Assembly (NCBI GenBank): GCA_964404275.1
Contig: CAYOJH010000004.1
Location: forward strand, 5,172-69,171
From: an uncultured Gammaproteobacteria bacterium
GTDB taxonomy: Bacteria > Patescibacteriota > Patescibacteriia > SG8-24 > DYFX01
DNA: 64,000 bases
Reading direction: 5' to 3'
The notes beneath the pieces were generated by a model that worked only from the letters and a program-made list of their open reading frames with translations, searched no databases and had not been told where the DNA came from. The translations under genes and the position numbers were made by a program. Positions 63,454-64,000 of this stretch are shown here, one piece after another (position 1 is the stretch's first letter; every line of letters begins with the position of its first letter).

Positions 63454-64000
63454 ATGGCCGCTTTTTGGTGCGTGAACCTCAGGCTCGTCAGCGACGCTTC
63501 GGCTCAAGTTCCGCCCGACGCCATAGCTTCATTTACCCTGGTCCGCACCGATGCCGCTTTTCTTCGCTCTCCCGCCTGGACGCGTTTCCTCGATGCCGTT
63601 CCCTCGGAAGCCGCGCAAGCCTTGAAATACGCCGCTCCGGGACGCCCTCTGACGGTGTTTGCCGTTTCGGACGCGCAAGGCGTCCTGAATTGGCAGCTGC
63701 TTGAGACCATGAACGCCCAAGCGCCAAAATCCGCCAAGTGGCGCTGGATCCCCCGTTCCGCGCAAGCCTACGGCTTCATCGTCGTCGATCATCGACCGCA
63801 GCCCTTCACCGCAACTTTCCAAGCGAAAACCGCCATGTTTGAGGTCGGTTTGGGCTATCGCGGAGTGCTTTCCGATCCGCAACCCTTCAACGCCGGCCGC
63901 CGCCTGATCCAGCCGATGACAGAACAAATCGCCCACCTCGAAAAGCCCGCCGGCGTCGTTTGGAGCGGAGTTCCTGGCGTCTTGCGCCAGAGTCTTCAGC
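63454..64000 (+). CDS. 5' part of a hypothetical protein gene running off the window (not in ORF track)
   Basis: open frame with consistent high-GC3 codons to window end (MAAFWCVNLRLVSDASAQVPP...). Confidence 0.35.
   Translation, partial: MAAFWCVNLRLVSDASAQVPPDAIASFTLVRTDAAFLRSPAWTRFLDAVPSEAAQALKYAAPGRPLTVFAVSDAQGVLNWQLLETMNAQAPKSAKWRWIPRSAQAYGFIVVDHRPQPFTATFQAKTAMFEVGLGYRGVLSDPQPFNAGRRLIQPMTEQIAHLEKPAGVVWSGVPGVLRQSLQ

Noticed and set aside
1-64000. rRNA genes, CRISPR arrays, transposases, prophage structural genes
   Set aside because: None recognisable in any frame; repeats present are short REP/palindrome types, not CRISPR-like (no regular spacer-repeat periodicity)

Overview
High-GC (~65%) bacterial chromosomal segment, densely coding on both strands; many long antisense 'shadow' ORFs in the supplied track are artefacts of the GC content. 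Recognisable housekeeping genes: DNA polymerase X (PolX-PHP), RuvB, ClpP, a short SMC-like ATPase, ribosomal protein S16 followed by a KH-domain (KhpA-like) protein, GalU, a sugar-binding ABC solute-binding protein, NAD(P)-malic enzyme, an EVE-domain protein, DedA, a XerC/D-type recombinase, PyrF, PyrE, ribosomal protein S15, PNPase, Hsp20, a VanW-family protein, two DHH (NrnA-like) paralogs, a D-Ala-D-Ala carboxypeptidase, and five tRNAs (Leu-TAA, Ser-CGA, Arg-TCT, His-GTG). An envelope polysaccharide cluster (Wzx-like flippase, GT4 glycosyltransferase, two O-antigen-ligase-like genes) is interrupted by a low-GC HTH + Doc/Fic toxin-antitoxin module carrying tandem palindromic operators. A thioredoxin-like/VKOR pair suggests an extracytoplasmic disulfide-forming system, consistent with the many Cys-rich secreted proteins here. 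The most striking accessory feature is a tandem array of seven paralogous VirB2/TrbC-like ('T4SS pilin'-like, CPR-type) small secreted membrane proteins (20473-24299), several with Cys-rich extensions, bracketed by two direct copies of a ~100-bp double-hairpin repeat. Other accessory signals are at least four families of short palindromic or REP-like repeats, two tandem-paralog families of unknown function, a palindrome-flanked small gene cassette, and a caspase-like (His/Cys dyad) protein beside a low-GC GHKL-ATPase/STAS-like gene between pyrE and rpsO. No rRNA, CRISPR array or obvious transposase was seen. Hand-derived coordinates may be off by 1 nt.
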